From contig OZ251249.1 in NCBI GenBank assembly GCA_965240325.2, positions 372,001 to 436,000 on the forward strand: 64,000 bases of DNA, written 5' to 3'. Origin of the DNA: Rebecca billardiae RCC1528. Lineage: Eukaryota > Protista > Haptophyta. Made by a program: the position numbers and the translations under genes. Of the stretch, positions 62,620-64,000 are shown piece by piece. Numbering within the stretch: position 1 is the stretch's first letter; each line of letters opens with the position of its first letter. Below the pieces are notes generated by a model. The model made no database searches. It had not been told where the DNA came from and saw only the letters and a program-made list of their open reading frames with translations.

Positions 62620-64000
62620 ATGGCGATGGGCGGCATGCGCGTCGTGATCGCCGTGCTGTGCGTGCTTGCTCTCGGCCGGATCGCCTCGGATGGACACGCC
62701 ATGCGTGCCCTGCGCGCACAGCCTGCTCCGGGCGCCGAGGCGTCCCTGACGTCGTCAGAGGATGTGGGGCAGCCGTGCACGCTCCGCGCGGGCCGCTTCG
62801 ACCTCGTCCCCCATCCGTATGCGGAAAGGTCCGAGGCCGAGGCGAGCGCGTCGCGCAACCTTGTGCTGCTCTTCCTCTCTTTCCCTGACGCCGCGCCGTC
62901 CGAGCAGCTCCTGCGCAAGGCGCGACCAGACGTGCTCGCTGGCCAACTCCGCACGCACCTGAGCTCGGCTGACGTCGTGCTGATCCACGAGACGCCCGCC
63001 AACTCGACGGCCGTCGAGACGCTCTACGGCTGCTCCGAGCGCGCCGATCGCCCGGGCGCCGGCGTGCGCATGCGCTGCGTGCGCGCGTCCGACCTGCTCC
63101 CTCCCTCGGCGATCGCGCCGCAGATGCGCCAGTCGTACACGCACCGGTTCGTGCTGTGGGAACACTACCTGCGCGCGCACGCGCACGAGTACGAGGCCGT
63201 GCTGGTGATCGACACGGACGCCGCGGTGCAGGCCGACCCGTTCGTCACGCCGACCTTCGGCGGCGTCATCACCTCGATCGAGAGCACCGCCACGTACATG
63301 GGCGACTGCACCGGGCACACGGAGGGCTGCGTCGACTGCGTGCGCGCGCTGGCGGACGCGGGCTGGTCCTCGGCCGACTGCGATGTCCTGGCTGACACGC
63401 CGATCGTCAACATGGGCGGGTTCTACGGGGCGGCACGGGCGGTGCTCGACCTGATCGAGCGCTTCGTCAACGTGACCGCCTTCTCGCGCCTCGAGCGCCG
63501 CGTCACCTGCTGGGAGCAGCCGCTCTTCGGCCTCGCGCTCTGGGAGGCCGCCGCGTTCGCCCCCCACCCGGTGCTGCTCTCGACCGCCGAGTTCGGCCCC
63601 TTCGTCTCGCTCGCGCGCTCGATGCACGTGCGCGTGGAAGAGGCGCAGGGGGAGGCGCCGGGGGGCGGCCTCGCGCCGCGCGTGCTCTCGCTCGCCTCCG
63701 ACGCGCCCCGTCCGTACGCGGTGCTACACCAGTGGGGGCGCGTGCGCGCCGTCAGCGCCATCGTCGAGGCGCAGGCGCGCGAAGTCGCGGCTGCGGGGCC
63801 GGCACGCATTCGCGCGGCGCGGCGCCGACTGGCGCAGCACGCGCCACGCGCTGGGCCGGTGCAGCCGTCCGGCCTGAACCGGCCGATGACGAACGACCTC
63901 GTCATCGGCCCGCAGTGGCCACAGCTGTGCTCGCGCCACTGCAAGCGCTCGATGCCTGGCTTCCGGCGGATGTTTGAGCGCATCCGCGCGCGGTGCGCGC
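62620..64000 (+). CDS. Secreted GT-A-fold glycosyltransferase-like protein (runs off the right edge; absent from ORF track)
   Basis: Hand translation: signal MRVVIAVLCVLALG, then HRFVLWEHYL, YEAVLVIDTDAAVQADPF (DxD), TPIVNMGGFYG, WEQPLF, YAVLHQWGR. Open to 64000. Confidence 0.7.
   Translation, partial: MAMGGMRVVIAVLCVLALGRIASDGHAMRALRAQPAPGAEASLTSSEDVGQPCTLRAGRFDLVPHPYAERSEAEASASRNLVLLFLSFPDAAPSEQLLRKARPDVLAGQLRTHLSSADVVLIHETPANSTAVETLYGCSERADRPGAGVRMRCVRASDLLPPSAIAPQMRQSYTHRFVLWEHYLRAHAHEYEAVLVIDTDAAVQADPFVTPTFGGVITSIESTATYMGDCTGHTEGCVDCVRALADAGWSSADCDVLADTPIVNMGGFYGAARAVLDLIERFVNVTAFSRLERRVTCWEQPLFGLALWEAAAFAPHPVLLSTAEFGPFVSLARSMHVRVEEAQGEAPGGGLAPRVLSLASDAPRPYAVLHQWGRVRAVSAIVEAQAREVAAAGPARIRAARRRLAQHAPRAGPVQPSGLNRPMTNDLVIGPQWPQLCSRHCKRSMPGFRRMFERIRARCA

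Overview
Very GC-rich, intron-containing eukaryotic genomic DNA. Introns typically have GTGCGC donors and GCGCAG acceptors, and the Kelch protein has a signal peptide plus 'AF' plastid-type presequence. A haptophyte-like alga such as a pavlovophyte is my inference. Most of the ORF track is shadow ORFs. About 14 real host genes are supported: a secreted Pro-rich protein (cut at the left edge), a ~3190-aa tandem two-module cyclic-nucleotide/ankyrin cation channel, sulfotransferase, GT90, METTL24-type methyltransferase, Kelch protein, DUF2306-like membrane protein, SERCA-type Ca2+-ATPase, GH47 alpha-mannosidase, ALMT/FUSC transporter, membrane-anchored BPI/LBP-like protein, lipoyl synthase, ankyrin protein, and a GT-A-like protein (cut at the right edge). 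Intergenic DNA holds several DNA transposons with clean ends. The most unusual object is a 6.0-kb TA-flanked element at 920-6916. It has two apparently identical 790-bp direct repeats, each with its own imperfect TIRs. These enclose a 6 x 417-bp tandem array and an intact IS630/Tc1-mariner transposase with an atypical DD47E spacing. It looks like an LTR-shaped or inside-out composite DNA transposon. Other elements: a TA-TSD MITE, a Harbinger-like foldback MITE, a P/Galileo-like foldback with a 7-bp TSD, a 37-bp micro-element of the same type, a perfect 288-bp hairpin element, and a 5'-truncated retro-insertion in a (TA)n tract. A 24-bp CCAAT-plus-palindrome motif is shared by two promoters.
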